Assembly: GCA_019695335.1 (NCBI GenBank)
Contig: JAIBAF010000013.1
Coordinates: forward strand, 3,281 to 67,280
DNA from: a bacterium
GTDB taxonomy: Bacteria > CLD3 > SB21
Direction: 5' to 3'
Length of the DNA stretch: 64,000 nt
The notes beneath the pieces were generated by a model. It was not told the DNA's origin, searched no databases, and was given only the letters and a program-made list of their open reading frames with translations. Below are positions 15,957-25,639 of the stretch, piece after piece; position 1 is the first letter of the stretch, and the number at the start of each line of letters is the position of its first letter. The position numbers were made by a program, and so were the translations under genes.

Positions 15957-17006
15957 ATGCGTTTAACGAAATGGTTTGTATTCGCGATCATGTTGGCCGG
16001 ATTGGCTGTCATGGTAAGTTGCGGCGACAAAAAGAAAGAATTTAAAAAAGAAGAAGGTACGGAAATGAAAGCGTCTACGGCTGCCGCTGCTTCGACGGCT
16101 GTCAAAGTGGACGAAAACCTTCCGAAATATGAAAAAACCAGCGGCGTGTCCGGAAATCTCAATAGTATCGGCTCAGACACGATGAATAACTTAATGACAT
16201 TGTGGGCGGAAGAATTCAAAAAACTCTATCCCAGCGTCAATGTACAGGTCGAAGGCAAAGGTTCCAGCACTGCTCCTCCTGCATTGATCGAAGGCACGGC
16301 TCAACTCGGCCCGATGTCGCGCCCGATGAAGAAAGAAGAAGTTGATAAATTTGAGAAAAAATACGGTTTCAAACCCACCGGTATTGCGACGGCATTCGAC
16401 GGACTTGCAGTATATGTTCACAAAGATAATCCGATCAAAGGTCTGACCATGCAGCAAATCGATGCGATTTTTTCTAAAACGCGTAAAGGTGGCGCAAAAG
16501 AAGATATCGTGACGTGGGGACAACTCGGTCTCGATGGCGAATGGAAAGACAAACCGATCAGTCTGTACGGCCGTAATTCGGCGTCTGGCACCTACGGTTT
16601 CTTCAAAGAACATGCTCTGTTCAAAGGCGATTATAAAGACAATGTCAAAGAACAACCGGGTTCGGCTTCTGTCGTACAAGGCGTTGGTACCGATAAATAT
16701 GCCATCGGATACAGTGGCATCGGCTATATTACAACGGACGTCCGTGCCGTACCGATCGCTCAGAAAGAAGGCGACGAATTTGTAGGCGAAAGCTACGACA
16801 ATGTCAAGTCCGGCAAATATCCGATGAGCCGTTTCTTATACGTTTACCTCGCTAAAAATCCCGCCAAGGATATGGATCCATTGGTAAAAGAATTTGTGAA
16901 ATTTATTTTAACGTATGAGGGCCAGCAAGTAGTTGCCAAAGATGGTTATATGCCGTTAACGGCGGATATTATCAAAGAGCAATTGACTATTTTAGAAGGT
17001 AAATAA
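15957..17006 (+). CDS. pstS: Phosphate ABC transporter substrate-binding lipoprotein PstS
   Basis: Lipobox-like VMVSC. Motif [18 protein letters not shown]...[25 protein letters not shown] is typical of the PstS family. Followed by pstCAB. Confidence 0.9.
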   Translation: MRLTKWFVFAIMLAGLAVMVSCGDKKKEFKKEEGTEMKASTAAAASTAVKVDENLPKYEKTSGVSGNLNSIGSDTMNNLMTLWAEEFKKLYPSVNVQVEGKGSSTAPPALIEGTAQLGPMSRPMKKEEVDKFEKKYGFKPTGIATAFDGLAVYVHKDNPIKGLTMQQIDAIFSKTRKGGAKEDIVTWGQLGLDGEWKDKPISLYGRNSASGTYGFFKEHALFKGDYKDNVKEQPGSASVVQGVGTDKYAIGYSGIGYITTDVRAVPIAQKEGDEFVGESYDNVKSGKYPMSRFLYVYLAKNPAKDMDPLVKEFVKFILTYEGQQVVAKDGYMPLTADIIKEQLTILEGK

Positions 17007-17037
17007 AATTCTATTGACCTCGCTGTACAGTTAATCC

Positions 17038-17093
17038 CCGAACTTGATTCGGAGTTTGCCAATCGGTATTTGCAGGCTTTGAAACAAGTTCGG
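17038..17093 (+). repeat. 9-bp inverted repeat CCGAACTTG ... CAAGTTCGG in the pstS-pstC intercistronic region
   Basis: Arms at 17038-17046 and 17085-17093 with a 38-nt loop. Possible mRNA stabiliser or attenuator hairpin. Confidence 0.35.
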
Positions 17094-17129
17094 CGGAACT
17101 GACAGAGAACTTAATTATCGGCGGCTTTC

Positions 17130-19298
17130 ATGCATTTACGTAACATTACGAATAATCTTGCAACTGGAGTTATTACAACGGGCGGCATCGGTCTGATCAT
17201 CATTGTCGTCGGTATTATTTTATTTATATTTTATCAGGCTTTGCCGTTGTGGCAAAGCGCTAAAACGGATAAACTGCAAGACATCAATATTGCGCAACTG
17301 ATTCCTTCCGATGAATCCGTTGTGTACGCCGGCGAAGAAGAACAAAAAGAAATTTTATACGTCATCACTCAAAATGGCCGTATTTATTTCGTTAACCTTT
17401 CACAGAACAAATTAATCGGTCATACGGAACTGACCAAACTCAACGGCCATTCTATTTCGTCAGCGGCCGCACTTTTTGGAACACACCGCATCGCACTTGG
17501 AACCAATCACGGTGAAATTGCTGAAATCGATATCAAATTCAGTACGTTATTTGAATCGAACGGACGTACGATTGTTCCCGAAGCCGTTGAAAAAGGGTGG
17601 TACCGCCTTCATAACGATTCCCCCATCACGCGTTTGGAAATCGGTCATGAAGACGACCGTTTGGTATTTGCGGGCGTGCAAACCACTGACCGCCAGAAAA
17701 TTTTTGTTGCACGAACATTTGCAGACACGGCGGCTCTTCAAATTAATTACTTGGAAAATTTTACAACCGCGGTAACGGCATTGACCGTTAACTCGTCGTC
17801 ATCTGAAATTATTTTTGGATTCGGCGACGGTTTTATCGAACGGCGTAATTTTGACGGAAATCTAATCGAACATATCAACGTTTCATCGCAAGCCGTCACA
17901 GCTTTAAAATATCTGATCGGCGACATTACTTTGATCGCAGGCGACGCGCGAGGCAATGTCACCGGCTGGATGGTTGTTGGAAGCAACGGTACTGCGCCAA
18001 CTTTAACGAAATTCCGTACCTTTGAAACGCATGCACAGCCCATCCAAACTATTGCCGTTTCATGGCGAAATAAATCATTCATAACTGCCGACGCTTCCGG
18101 CGTTATTCATCTGAATCACTCTACAACTGAACAAACTTTATTGAATCTGAAAGCTGCCGATCAGGCAGCACATCTTGTAAATTTTTCTCCGAAGTCCGAC
18201 GGTATTCTGATTCTGAACCCTTCCGGCATAATATCGAATTATCAACTTACTAACGCACATCCGGAAGCAACCTTTAAGACGTTATTTGGAAAAGTATGGT
18301 ACGAAAGCTACCCGGATCCGTCCTATACATGGCAATCGACCGGAGGCACCGATGATTTCGAGCCGAAGATCAGTATGATCCCGTTGATATTCGGAACGCT
18401 CAAAGGAACGTTGTACGCCATGGTTTTTGCCATTCCACTGGCGATTTTTGGCGCCATTTACACTTCACAATTTGCTCATCCGCGAATTCGAACGATCATC
18501 AAACCCGCCGTGGAAATCATGGCTGCTTTACCCAGCGTTGTGATCGGATTTATTGCCGGATTGTGGCTCGCACCGCTGATGAAAAACGTGATGGTTGAAT
18601 TTATCGTCATGCTGATTCTCACACCGTTATTGATTTTCTTTTTCTTTTACGGTTACAGCCAATTGCCCCGGCGATGGACGTCATCCATCAAGCAGGGTTA
18701 TGAAGTTTTTATGATGATCCCGGTGTTGATCTTGGCCGGATTCCTGTGTTATCAGATTGGATATACGATTGAAAGCGGTTGGTTTGGCGGGGATATTCAG
18801 ACGTGGCTGTACCAAACGCTCGATATTCGTTACGATCAAAGAAATGCAATTATCGTCGGTATCGCAATGGCCTTTGCCGTCATGCCGATTATTTTTACGA
18901 TCACCGAAGATTCGCTCAGCAGCGTTCCCGCTCATTTAACTTCTGCGTCACTGGCGCTCGGTGCAAGCCGCTGGCAAACCGCCGTCAAAGTTGTACTCCC
19001 GGCCGCAAGCGCAGGGATTTTTTCAGCCGTCATGATCGGTTTCGGCCGTGCCGTCGGTGAAACCATGATCGTACTGATGGCGACCGGCAACACGCCGATC
19101 ATGGACTGGAGCATTTTCAACGGCATGCGCACGTTGTCCGCCAATATCGCCGTGGAAATTCCTGAAGCGCCGCATGGCGGAACACTATACCGGGTTTTGT
19201 TTCTCTCAGGAGCTTTACTTTTTATTATGACGTTTATCGTCAATACCGTCGCTGAAATCGTGCGGCAACGGTTACGGAAAAAATATGCAACGATGTAA
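17130..19298 (+). CDS. pstC: Phosphate ABC transporter permease PstC, long form with an approximately 390-aa N-terminal periplasmic beta-propeller-like domain
   Basis: The C-terminal 300 aa carry the permease core with an EAA-like loop (ASLALGASRWQTAVKVVLPAA). An N-terminal TM helix is followed by repetitive beta-rich sequence. Confidence 0.85.
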   Translation: MHLRNITNNLATGVITTGGIGLIIIVVGIILFIFYQALPLWQSAKTDKLQDINIAQLIPSDESVVYAGEEEQKEILYVITQNGRIYFVNLSQNKLIGHTELTKLNGHSISSAAALFGTHRIALGTNHGEIAEIDIKFSTLFESNGRTIVPEAVEKGWYRLHNDSPITRLEIGHEDDRLVFAGVQTTDRQKIFVARTFADTAALQINYLENFTTAVTALTVNSSSSEIIFGFGDGFIERRNFDGNLIEHINVSSQAVTALKYLIGDITLIAGDARGNVTGWMVVGSNGTAPTLTKFRTFETHAQPIQTIAVSWRNKSFITADASGVIHLNHSTTEQTLLNLKAADQAAHLVNFSPKSDGILILNPSGIISNYQLTNAHPEATFKTLFGKVWYESYPDPSYTWQSTGGTDDFEPKISMIPLIFGTLKGTLYAMVFAIPLAIFGAIYTSQFAHPRIRTIIKPAVEIMAALPSVVIGFIAGLWLAPLMKNVMVEFIVMLILTPLLIFFFFYGYSQLPRRWTSSIKQGYEVFMMIPVLILAGFLCYQIGYTIESGWFGGDIQTWLYQTLDIRYDQRNAIIVGIAMAFAVMPIIFTITEDSLSSVPAHLTSASLALGASRWQTAVKVVLPAASAGIFSAVMIGFGRAVGETMIVLMATGNTPIMDWSIFNGMRTLSANIAVEIPEAPHGGTLYRVLFLSGALLFIMTFIVNTVAEIVRQRLRKKYATM

Positions 19299-19342
19299 TA
19301 AATCTTATTTTTTGATTTCTATAGTCGGATTCTAATTTTTAT

Positions 19343-20968
19343 ATGAAGAAAATATTACAAAGCGGCGATTTATTTTTGTGGTTCACCGGAGCGGCCCTTG
19401 GAACGATTATTCTGCTGGTTGCCGGACTGCTCTTTATTGTGGGATTGAATGGCGTCGGAGTATTCTGGCCTTCCAATCTTGCGTTGGTTCAATACGGCGA
19501 CGGACGCCAATGGCTGGGTGAAATCGGCGCTGAAGAAATGATCCCGTCGTCCAATCTTCCTGAAAATTTGAAAAACGGCAATCATGCCCGCTTCCAAATG
19601 AAAATCGGTAACCGCGATGTGTACGGTGTCGATTTCAAATGGATCAACGACTACGAATTGGCGGAGTTGCGTTACCCGGAAAATGCCATCGCCGTCGAGC
19701 GTCGTGAATACGGCAATCTGTACGGTTTTCTCGAAGGCATCAAAGAATCGGACCGGCTGATCGTTCAAGGTGATGAAGCGCTGACCACGTTTGCTTCATT
19801 GCTCGAAAAATCCAACGATGTTTTCAATCAAAGAGCCAGCTTGGAAAAAAGTGAAGTTGGAATAATCAATTTTCGAATTGAACAATTACGCCTGAAAATA
19901 AAACAATTGGAATACGATGGCGGTCATTCGGAAAGTGAAATTCAGGCGCTTCGGGCTTCCATAGATGATCAGCAAAAAAAATATGAAGTTTTGCGGCAGT
20001 CGATCGATGAATTGAACGCCAAAACGGCATCCACTTATGTGATTTTTAAATTAGCCGACGGATCAACAAAAGAAATTCCCATTTCTAAAATCATCCGCTT
20101 CTATTTGCCGAATCAAATGAACTGGCCGGATAAATTGCAATATTACGTAGCAAAAATCTGGGAATTTCTTTCCAGCGATCCCAGGGAATCGAATACGGAA
20201 GGCGGCGTATTTCCCGCCATTTTCGGAACCGTAATGATGGTATTGATCATGACACTGGCTGTCGTGCCTTTTGGAGTGCTGGCTGCTGTGTATTTGCGTG
20301 AATATGCCAAACAAGGTGTTCTGGTACGATTGATCCGCATTGCCGTAAATAACCTGGCCGGCGTTCCTTCGATCGTATTCGGAATTTTCGGATTAGGTTT
20401 TTTTGTGTATTTATGTGGCGGTACAATTGATCAATTATTTTACCCGGAACGGCTTCCATCGCCGACGTGGGGCACAGGCGGAATCTTATGGGCTTCGCTG
20501 ACGCTGTCGCTTTTGACGATTCCTGTAGTCATCGTTGCAACAGAAGAAGCGATCAGCGCCGTACCGAAAGGCGTGCGCGACGGCTCGATGGCTCTGGGCG
20601 CTACCAAATGGCAAACGACGTGGCGAGTCGTATTACCGGCATCGACGCCCGGGATATTGACCGGTGTGATTTTATCGATGGCACGCGGGGCGGGCGAAGT
20701 CGCTCCGCTGATGATCACCGGCGTCGTCAAACTCGCTCCGAATCTACCGATCGATCAAATGTGGCCATTGGTTCATCTCGACCGGAAATTCATGCACTTA
20801 GGTTTTCACATTTATGACGTTGGCTTTCAATCGCCGAATGTCGAAGCGGCAAAACCAATGGTTTTCATGACAGCGTTGCTTTTGATTGCAATTGTGTTAT
20901 TGCTGAATCTTACAGCCATTATCATTCGCGCACGGCTGAGAAAAAAATATCAGAGTTCGGCTTTTTGA
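19343..20968 (+). CDS. pstA: Phosphate ABC transporter permease PstA, long form
   Basis: C-terminal permease core (SMALGATKWQTTWRVVLPAS). An N-terminal TM helix is followed by an approximately 270-aa extra domain with a coiled-coil segment. Confidence 0.85.
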   Translation: MKKILQSGDLFLWFTGAALGTIILLVAGLLFIVGLNGVGVFWPSNLALVQYGDGRQWLGEIGAEEMIPSSNLPENLKNGNHARFQMKIGNRDVYGVDFKWINDYELAELRYPENAIAVERREYGNLYGFLEGIKESDRLIVQGDEALTTFASLLEKSNDVFNQRASLEKSEVGIINFRIEQLRLKIKQLEYDGGHSESEIQALRASIDDQQKKYEVLRQSIDELNAKTASTYVIFKLADGSTKEIPISKIIRFYLPNQMNWPDKLQYYVAKIWEFLSSDPRESNTEGGVFPAIFGTVMMVLIMTLAVVPFGVLAAVYLREYAKQGVLVRLIRIAVNNLAGVPSIVFGIFGLGFFVYLCGGTIDQLFYPERLPSPTWGTGGILWASLTLSLLTIPVVIVATEEAISAVPKGVRDGSMALGATKWQTTWRVVLPASTPGILTGVILSMARGAGEVAPLMITGVVKLAPNLPIDQMWPLVHLDRKFMHLGFHIYDVGFQSPNVEAAKPMVFMTALLLIAIVLLLNLTAIIIRARLRKKYQSSAF

Positions 20969-21005
20969 TAAATTATTTAACTAATAAAAATAAATATTTC
21001 GTACA

Positions 21006-21893
21006 ATGAACCGAGAAATCCTTATGAGTGAAAAACCGGCCGCCTACACCAATTTCAAACAAGCATTGGACGGCAAAGCGATGAATGAATCCTCTCCCAT
21101 ATCGAATGACAACGACGGAGAGAAAGGTGCGCGCACCGGCTCCGTTAAAATCAGTACGCGGCAGATCAATATGTTTTATGGCGATCACCACGCACTGAAA
21201 AACATTTCCCTCGATATCATGGCCAATGAAGTGACGGCGTTAATCGGTCCTTCCGGTTGCGGTAAATCGACCTACTTGCGTCTTTTTAATCGCATGAACG
21301 ATCTTGTAGACAACGTTCGCATCGAAGGGGAAATTATCATTGACGGTAATAACATTTACGGTCGCGATGTCGACGTGGTCTCTCTACGTAAACGCGTCGG
21401 AATGATCTTTCAAAAATCCAATCCATTCCCTAAATCGATTTATGATAACGTTGCGTATGGTCCGAAAGTCAACGGACAGACTTCCAAAGCTTCTTTGGAC
21501 GAAATCGTCGAACGCTGTCTCCGCAAAGCCGCCTTGTGGGACGAAGTAAAAGACCGGCTGAAAAGTTCCGCCTACGGGCTCTCGGGCGGCCAGCAGCAAC
21601 GCTTGTGTATTGCACGCGCGTTGGCCGTGGATCCGGATATTCTGCTGATGGATGAACCGTGTTCCGCGCTGGACCCGATCGCTACACAAAAAATCGAAGA
21701 TCTGATCGAAGAATTGAAGCACGATTATACGATCATTATTGTAACCCATAATATGCAACAAGCCGCTCGCGTTTCGGATAAAACGGCGTTCATGTGGCTC
21801 GGACAATTGATCGAATTCAATGAAACTAAAAAGATCTTTACGTCACCGTCGGAACGTATGACGGAAGATTATATTACGGGGCGATTCGGATAA
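21006..21893 (+). CDS. pstB: Phosphate ABC transporter ATP-binding protein PstB
   Basis: Walker [10 protein letters not shown], signature LSGGQQQRL, Walker B LLMDEP, and the PstB-type [15 protein letters not shown]. The start may be an internal Met (21024 or 21081). Confidence 0.9.
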   Translation: MNREILMSEKPAAYTNFKQALDGKAMNESSPISNDNDGEKGARTGSVKISTRQINMFYGDHHALKNISLDIMANEVTALIGPSGCGKSTYLRLFNRMNDLVDNVRIEGEIIIDGNNIYGRDVDVVSLRKRVGMIFQKSNPFPKSIYDNVAYGPKVNGQTSKASLDEIVERCLRKAALWDEVKDRLKSSAYGLSGGQQQRLCIARALAVDPDILLMDEPCSALDPIATQKIEDLIEELKHDYTIIIVTHNMQQAARVSDKTAFMWLGQLIEFNETKKIFTSPSERMTEDYITGRFG

Positions 21894-21964
21894 TAAAATA
21901 ATTAATTTTAAATATTTTCTTTGCGTGGAAATATTTTAACCTAACATATAGGAATTTTTTTTAT

Positions 21965-22651
21965 ATGAAATCACAATTTACCGAACAACTGGCCAACCTC
22001 GAGAAACAGGTTATCGAAATGGGCAGTTTGGTCGAAAAACAAGTTAATGATGTCATAGTGTCATTGATCAACCGTGATGAAGCCTTGGCTTTATCGGTTA
22101 TTGATAATGATAAAAAAGTCGATTTGCTGGAAGTATCCATCGATGAGGAGGTTTTGAATATCCTGGCGTTGCATCAACCGGTTGCGTTTGACTTGCGCGA
22201 TATCATCGGGATTTCAAAAATTAATGGCGATCTCGAACGAATCAGCGATCATGCACAAAATATTGCCGAGTCGTCGAAATTTATCGTCAAAAATAATTAT
22301 CAAGGAACGTTAGGCGTCATTCCGAAAATGGCCGAAGTCGTTCAGGCCATGCTGAAGGACGCTATAGACAGTTTCATTCACAAAGACGTGGATACGGCCT
22401 TATCGGTATGCAAACGCGACGACGAAATCGATAAGATGAACAAGCACCTTTTTGCGGATATTCTCGCCAACATGATCAAAGACCCCAATACGATTCCGAT
22501 GTCGCTGGAATTGATTCGTATCAGTAAAAATCTTGAACGTGTTGCCGACTTGTGTACCAATATTTCCGAAGACGTCGTATTTATCCGCAACGCCAAATCG
22601 ATCAAGCATGCGCGAGAACAAGCAGAATTGAAAAAAAATATTTCCGGTTAA
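21965..22651 (+). CDS. phoU: Phosphate signalling complex protein PhoU
   Basis: 228 aa with two PhoU repeats (DLERISDHAQNIAE and NLERVADLCTNISE). Confidence 0.9.
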   Translation: MKSQFTEQLANLEKQVIEMGSLVEKQVNDVIVSLINRDEALALSVIDNDKKVDLLEVSIDEEVLNILALHQPVAFDLRDIIGISKINGDLERISDHAQNIAESSKFIVKNNYQGTLGVIPKMAEVVQAMLKDAIDSFIHKDVDTALSVCKRDDEIDKMNKHLFADILANMIKDPNTIPMSLELIRISKNLERVADLCTNISEDVVFIRNAKSIKHAREQAELKKNISG

Positions 22652-22684
22652 CCGGAAAGGACTACGGACTAATTTGAGGAAAGT

Positions 22685-23398
22685 ATGAGTAAAAAAATCA
22701 AAACCATTCTTTGCGTGGATGACGAACAAGATCTGCTGGACATTTTGAGTTACAATCTCAAAAAAGAAGGCTACAACGTTTACACGTCAGACAATGGCGA
22801 AAAAGCTATTCAGATTGCTGACCGGATTAAACCCGATCTGGTTCTTCTCGACATCATGATGCCCGGCATGGATGGCATGGAAGTGTGCCGGCAAATCCGC
22901 AATCATCCTCAGATCAAGGACGTACACGTTATTTTTATTACCGCTAAAGCGGATGAAGTCGATGAAATTCTCGGATTGGAATTTGGTGCGGACGATTATA
23001 TCACCAAACCTTTCAGCCCGAGAAAAATTATCACTAAAGTCAAAGCTGTTTTCCGGCGGGAAGAATTGAGAAAAGAATTTACCGAAGACAAAAAAGCCAT
23101 TATTTCATTTAAAGGCGTGGAGATCAACCGCCTGAACTATACCGTCAAAATCAACAATGAAGAAGTTAAATTCTTGCACAAAGAATTTGAATTGTTATAT
23201 TTTCTCATGAATCGCCCGGGTATGGTTTTCTCCCGCAATAATCTTTTGTATCATGTCTGGGGTGAAGACGCCTATTTCGTTGACCGGACTGTCGATGTGC
23301 ACGTGACCAAAATCAGAAAAAAACTCGGTCCTTACGGCGATTATATTCAAACGGTTCGCGGCGTCGGATACAAATTTTCTCCCAACGGAGCTGAATGA
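22685..23398 (+). CDS. phoB: OmpR/PhoB-family response regulator
   Basis: Receiver motifs (DDEQD, LDIMMPGMDG, KPF) and a winged-helix C-terminal domain (VDVHVTKIRKKL, TVRGVGYKF). Sits in the Pho cluster. Confidence 0.8.
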   Translation: MSKKIKTILCVDDEQDLLDILSYNLKKEGYNVYTSDNGEKAIQIADRIKPDLVLLDIMMPGMDGMEVCRQIRNHPQIKDVHVIFITAKADEVDEILGLEFGADDYITKPFSPRKIITKVKAVFRREELRKEFTEDKKAIISFKGVEINRLNYTVKINNEEVKFLHKEFELLYFLMNRPGMVFSRNNLLYHVWGEDAYFVDRTVDVHVTKIRKKLGPYGDYIQTVRGVGYKFSPNGAE

Positions 23399-24837
23399 GA
23401 CGGATCAGTTCTCAAATTTCTCTCGCGCTAATAGGCCTCTTTTTCGTAGGGTTTGTCCTGCTTCTATTGATCGTCGATTTTACTTTGAAAAACAATCTGC
23501 AATCGCAGTTGATCGATCAGATGAAAATCGAATGCCTTCTGATCGACGATCTTCTCCCTGTTACGGACTCCATCGATCTCAACGTTTCAGATATTGCCCG
23601 AGTAACCAAAGGCCGATTGACCGTTCTCGATGAAAAAGGCGATATCCTCGCCGATTCGGAAGAAAAAAATTTCAAACAACCGCGCGAAAATCATCTTAAC
23701 CGCGACGAAGTTCAGCAGGCGATCAGTGCGATCGACGGTTTCGGAGCCTCCATCCGTCACAGCAAATCCGTAGACGAAGATCTGATCTACACCGCTCACA
23801 AATCTCCCAAAGGGCGTTTCATTCGCTTGTCGCAAAAACAAAAATTTGAAGAACAAATTATTTTAAAAGTTCGGCTCATTTTTCTGTCGGCGGCGCTGGC
23901 TTCCGTTATATTAGTGCTGTTACTTATTCCAAGAGTGTCAAAACACATTACACAGCCACTGTCCGATATCATCGCGGCGGCTGAAGAGATTAAAGGCGGG
24001 AATTACGATAAAGAAATCGTTGCCCGTGAACCCAATGAAATCGGCGAACTCGCCCGTATTCTCAACGAAATGTCCGCCAAACTCAAAGGCGATATTCAAA
24101 AACTGAACCATTTACAGGAAGTACGCAAAGATTTTGTTGCCAATGCTTCACACGAATTACGCACGCCGATCAGTTCAATCCGGGGTTATGTTGAAACGCT
24201 GCTCGACGGCGCGCTTGAAGATGAAGCGGTCAGCCGTAAATTTCTCGAACGCGCATTGACCAACGTGATCCGCCTCGAAAATATCGTAAACGATATGCTC
24301 GATCTGTCGAAACTCGAATCGCGTGATAAAGGCCTTAGTTTACGCTATTTCGACCCGGTGACGGTTGTCAATAATTTAGTCGGCGATTTTGAAGAAACAG
24401 CCAATAAAAAAGATTTGAAACTTGTCAGCAAAAATGAATTGCCTGGCGAATTCAAATTGTTTGCTGATTTGTATCAATTCGAAAAAGCTCTGATCAATCT
24501 TGTAGAAAATGCGATCAAATACACTGAAAAAGGCCAAGTGTGTATCCGCATGATCGTTCAGGACAAAAATTTTATTTTGCGAGTTGAAGACACTGGACCG
24601 GGAATTAATCCTGATGATTTATCACGCATTTTCGAACGATTTTATCGCGTTGACAAAGGCCGTTCACGGCAACAAGGCGGCAGCGGTCTGGGTCTTTCTA
24701 TCGTCAAGCACGTCATGGATATTCATAAAGGCCGTGTCGACGTCGAAAGCGAGCTCGGCCAAGGTACGCGTTTTATTCTCACCTTCCCCGCTACTCCGGC
24801 CCACGAAATCATCGGCCCGGTCTCCAAAATCGGATAA
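23395..24837 (+). CDS. phoR: PhoR-like sensor histidine kinase
   Basis: Two TM helices, a HAMP-like linker, H-box ASHELRTPISSIRGY, N box ENAIKYT, and G boxes DTGPGI and GGSGLGLSIV. 4-nt overlap with phoB. Confidence 0.8.
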   Translation: MRRISSQISLALIGLFFVGFVLLLLIVDFTLKNNLQSQLIDQMKIECLLIDDLLPVTDSIDLNVSDIARVTKGRLTVLDEKGDILADSEEKNFKQPRENHLNRDEVQQAISAIDGFGASIRHSKSVDEDLIYTAHKSPKGRFIRLSQKQKFEEQIILKVRLIFLSAALASVILVLLLIPRVSKHITQPLSDIIAAAEEIKGGNYDKEIVAREPNEIGELARILNEMSAKLKGDIQKLNHLQEVRKDFVANASHELRTPISSIRGYVETLLDGALEDEAVSRKFLERALTNVIRLENIVNDMLDLSKLESRDKGLSLRYFDPVTVVNNLVGDFEETANKKDLKLVSKNELPGEFKLFADLYQFEKALINLVENAIKYTEKGQVCIRMIVQDKNFILRVEDTGPGINPDDLSRIFERFYRVDKGRSRQQGGSGLGLSIVKHVMDIHKGRVDVESELGQGTRFILTFPATPAHEIIGPVSKIG

Positions 24838-24889
24838 ATTGCCTTATATTCCACCACTTCTCTTTTTTTAATCGAGAAAATTAAATCCG

Positions 24890-24917
24890 TGTTAATCAAA
24901 TATTGCTTGAATGTTAC
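24890..24917. promoter_or_regulatory. Two inverted-orientation TTAACA/GTAACA-like hexamers (TGTTAA, TGTTAC) 22 bp apart upstream of the DUF47-PiT genes
   Basis: Read directly from the sequence at 24890-24895 and 24912-24917. The phasing is a multiple of 11 bp. Confidence 0.25.
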
Positions 24918-24976
24918 GGGAAAATTAATTATGATGGCGTGCATTTTCTTATCCAACCTTAAAACGGAACCAAGCC

Positions 24977-25621
24977 ATGGGATTTGACAGTATCATCCAG
25001 ATTTTGTTGCCGAAAGACGACAAATTTTTCGCTTTCTTCGAAGAAACCGCCGAATCCATTCTCAAAGCCTCCGAACTCATGAAAACGATAGCAGGTGTAT
25101 CCGAAAACGATCGGGCAAATATTCTTAACCAAGTCCACGACTATGAACACCGCTGCGATGAAATTACGCATAAAGTTTTTGCCGAGCTCAATGCAACATT
25201 TGTTACGCCGTTTGACCGCGAAGATATTCAACTTTTAGCTTCGGCGCTGGACGACATTATCGATTTCATGGACGAAGCTGCTCGCCGTTTTACATTATAC
25301 AAAATCAGTGAATTTCCCCAGTCGATGATGGAATTGATCGATATTTTAAATAAATCGATTGCAGAACTCCGTCATGGCGTATCATTGCTCCGAGATAAAC
25401 GCAAAACCAGTGAACTCAGGAAAATTCTTCAAAAAGTCCACGAGTACGAAAATGAAGCCGATCTTGTGTTCGAACAAACGATCGCCCATCTTTTCGAAAA
25501 TGAAAAAGATTCCATCAAAGTCATCAAGCTTAAAGATATTTACGGCAGTTTAGAACGTGCGACCGATAAATGCGAAGACGCAGCCAATGTTCTCGAAACC
25601 ATTCTAATCAAACACGCCTAA
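24977..25621 (+). CDS. DUF47 (PhoU-like, YkaA-type) protein, PiT accessory/regulatory partner
   Basis: 214-aa helical protein beginning MGFDSIIQILLPKDDKFFAFFEE, typical of the TIGR00153/DUF47 family. Located immediately upstream of the PiT gene. Confidence 0.75.
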   Translation: MGFDSIIQILLPKDDKFFAFFEETAESILKASELMKTIAGVSENDRANILNQVHDYEHRCDEITHKVFAELNATFVTPFDREDIQLLASALDDIIDFMDEAARRFTLYKISEFPQSMMELIDILNKSIAELRHGVSLLRDKRKTSELRKILQKVHEYENEADLVFEQTIAHLFENEKDSIKVIKLKDIYGSLERATDKCEDAANVLETILIKHA

Positions 25622-25639
25622 CATTAACACAGACATTGC

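Noticed and set aside
16191-16679. Many 60-160-aa ORFs in the track that lie antisense to or out of frame with larger genes (for example 16191-16679, 21384-21806, 31293-31745, 43101-43526, 43773-44225, 54388-54882, 26335-26787)
   Set aside because: Each is fully contained in, or straddles, a longer ORF with clear family motifs. Their compositions (Arg/Ser/Phe-rich, no motifs) are typical of shadow frames.
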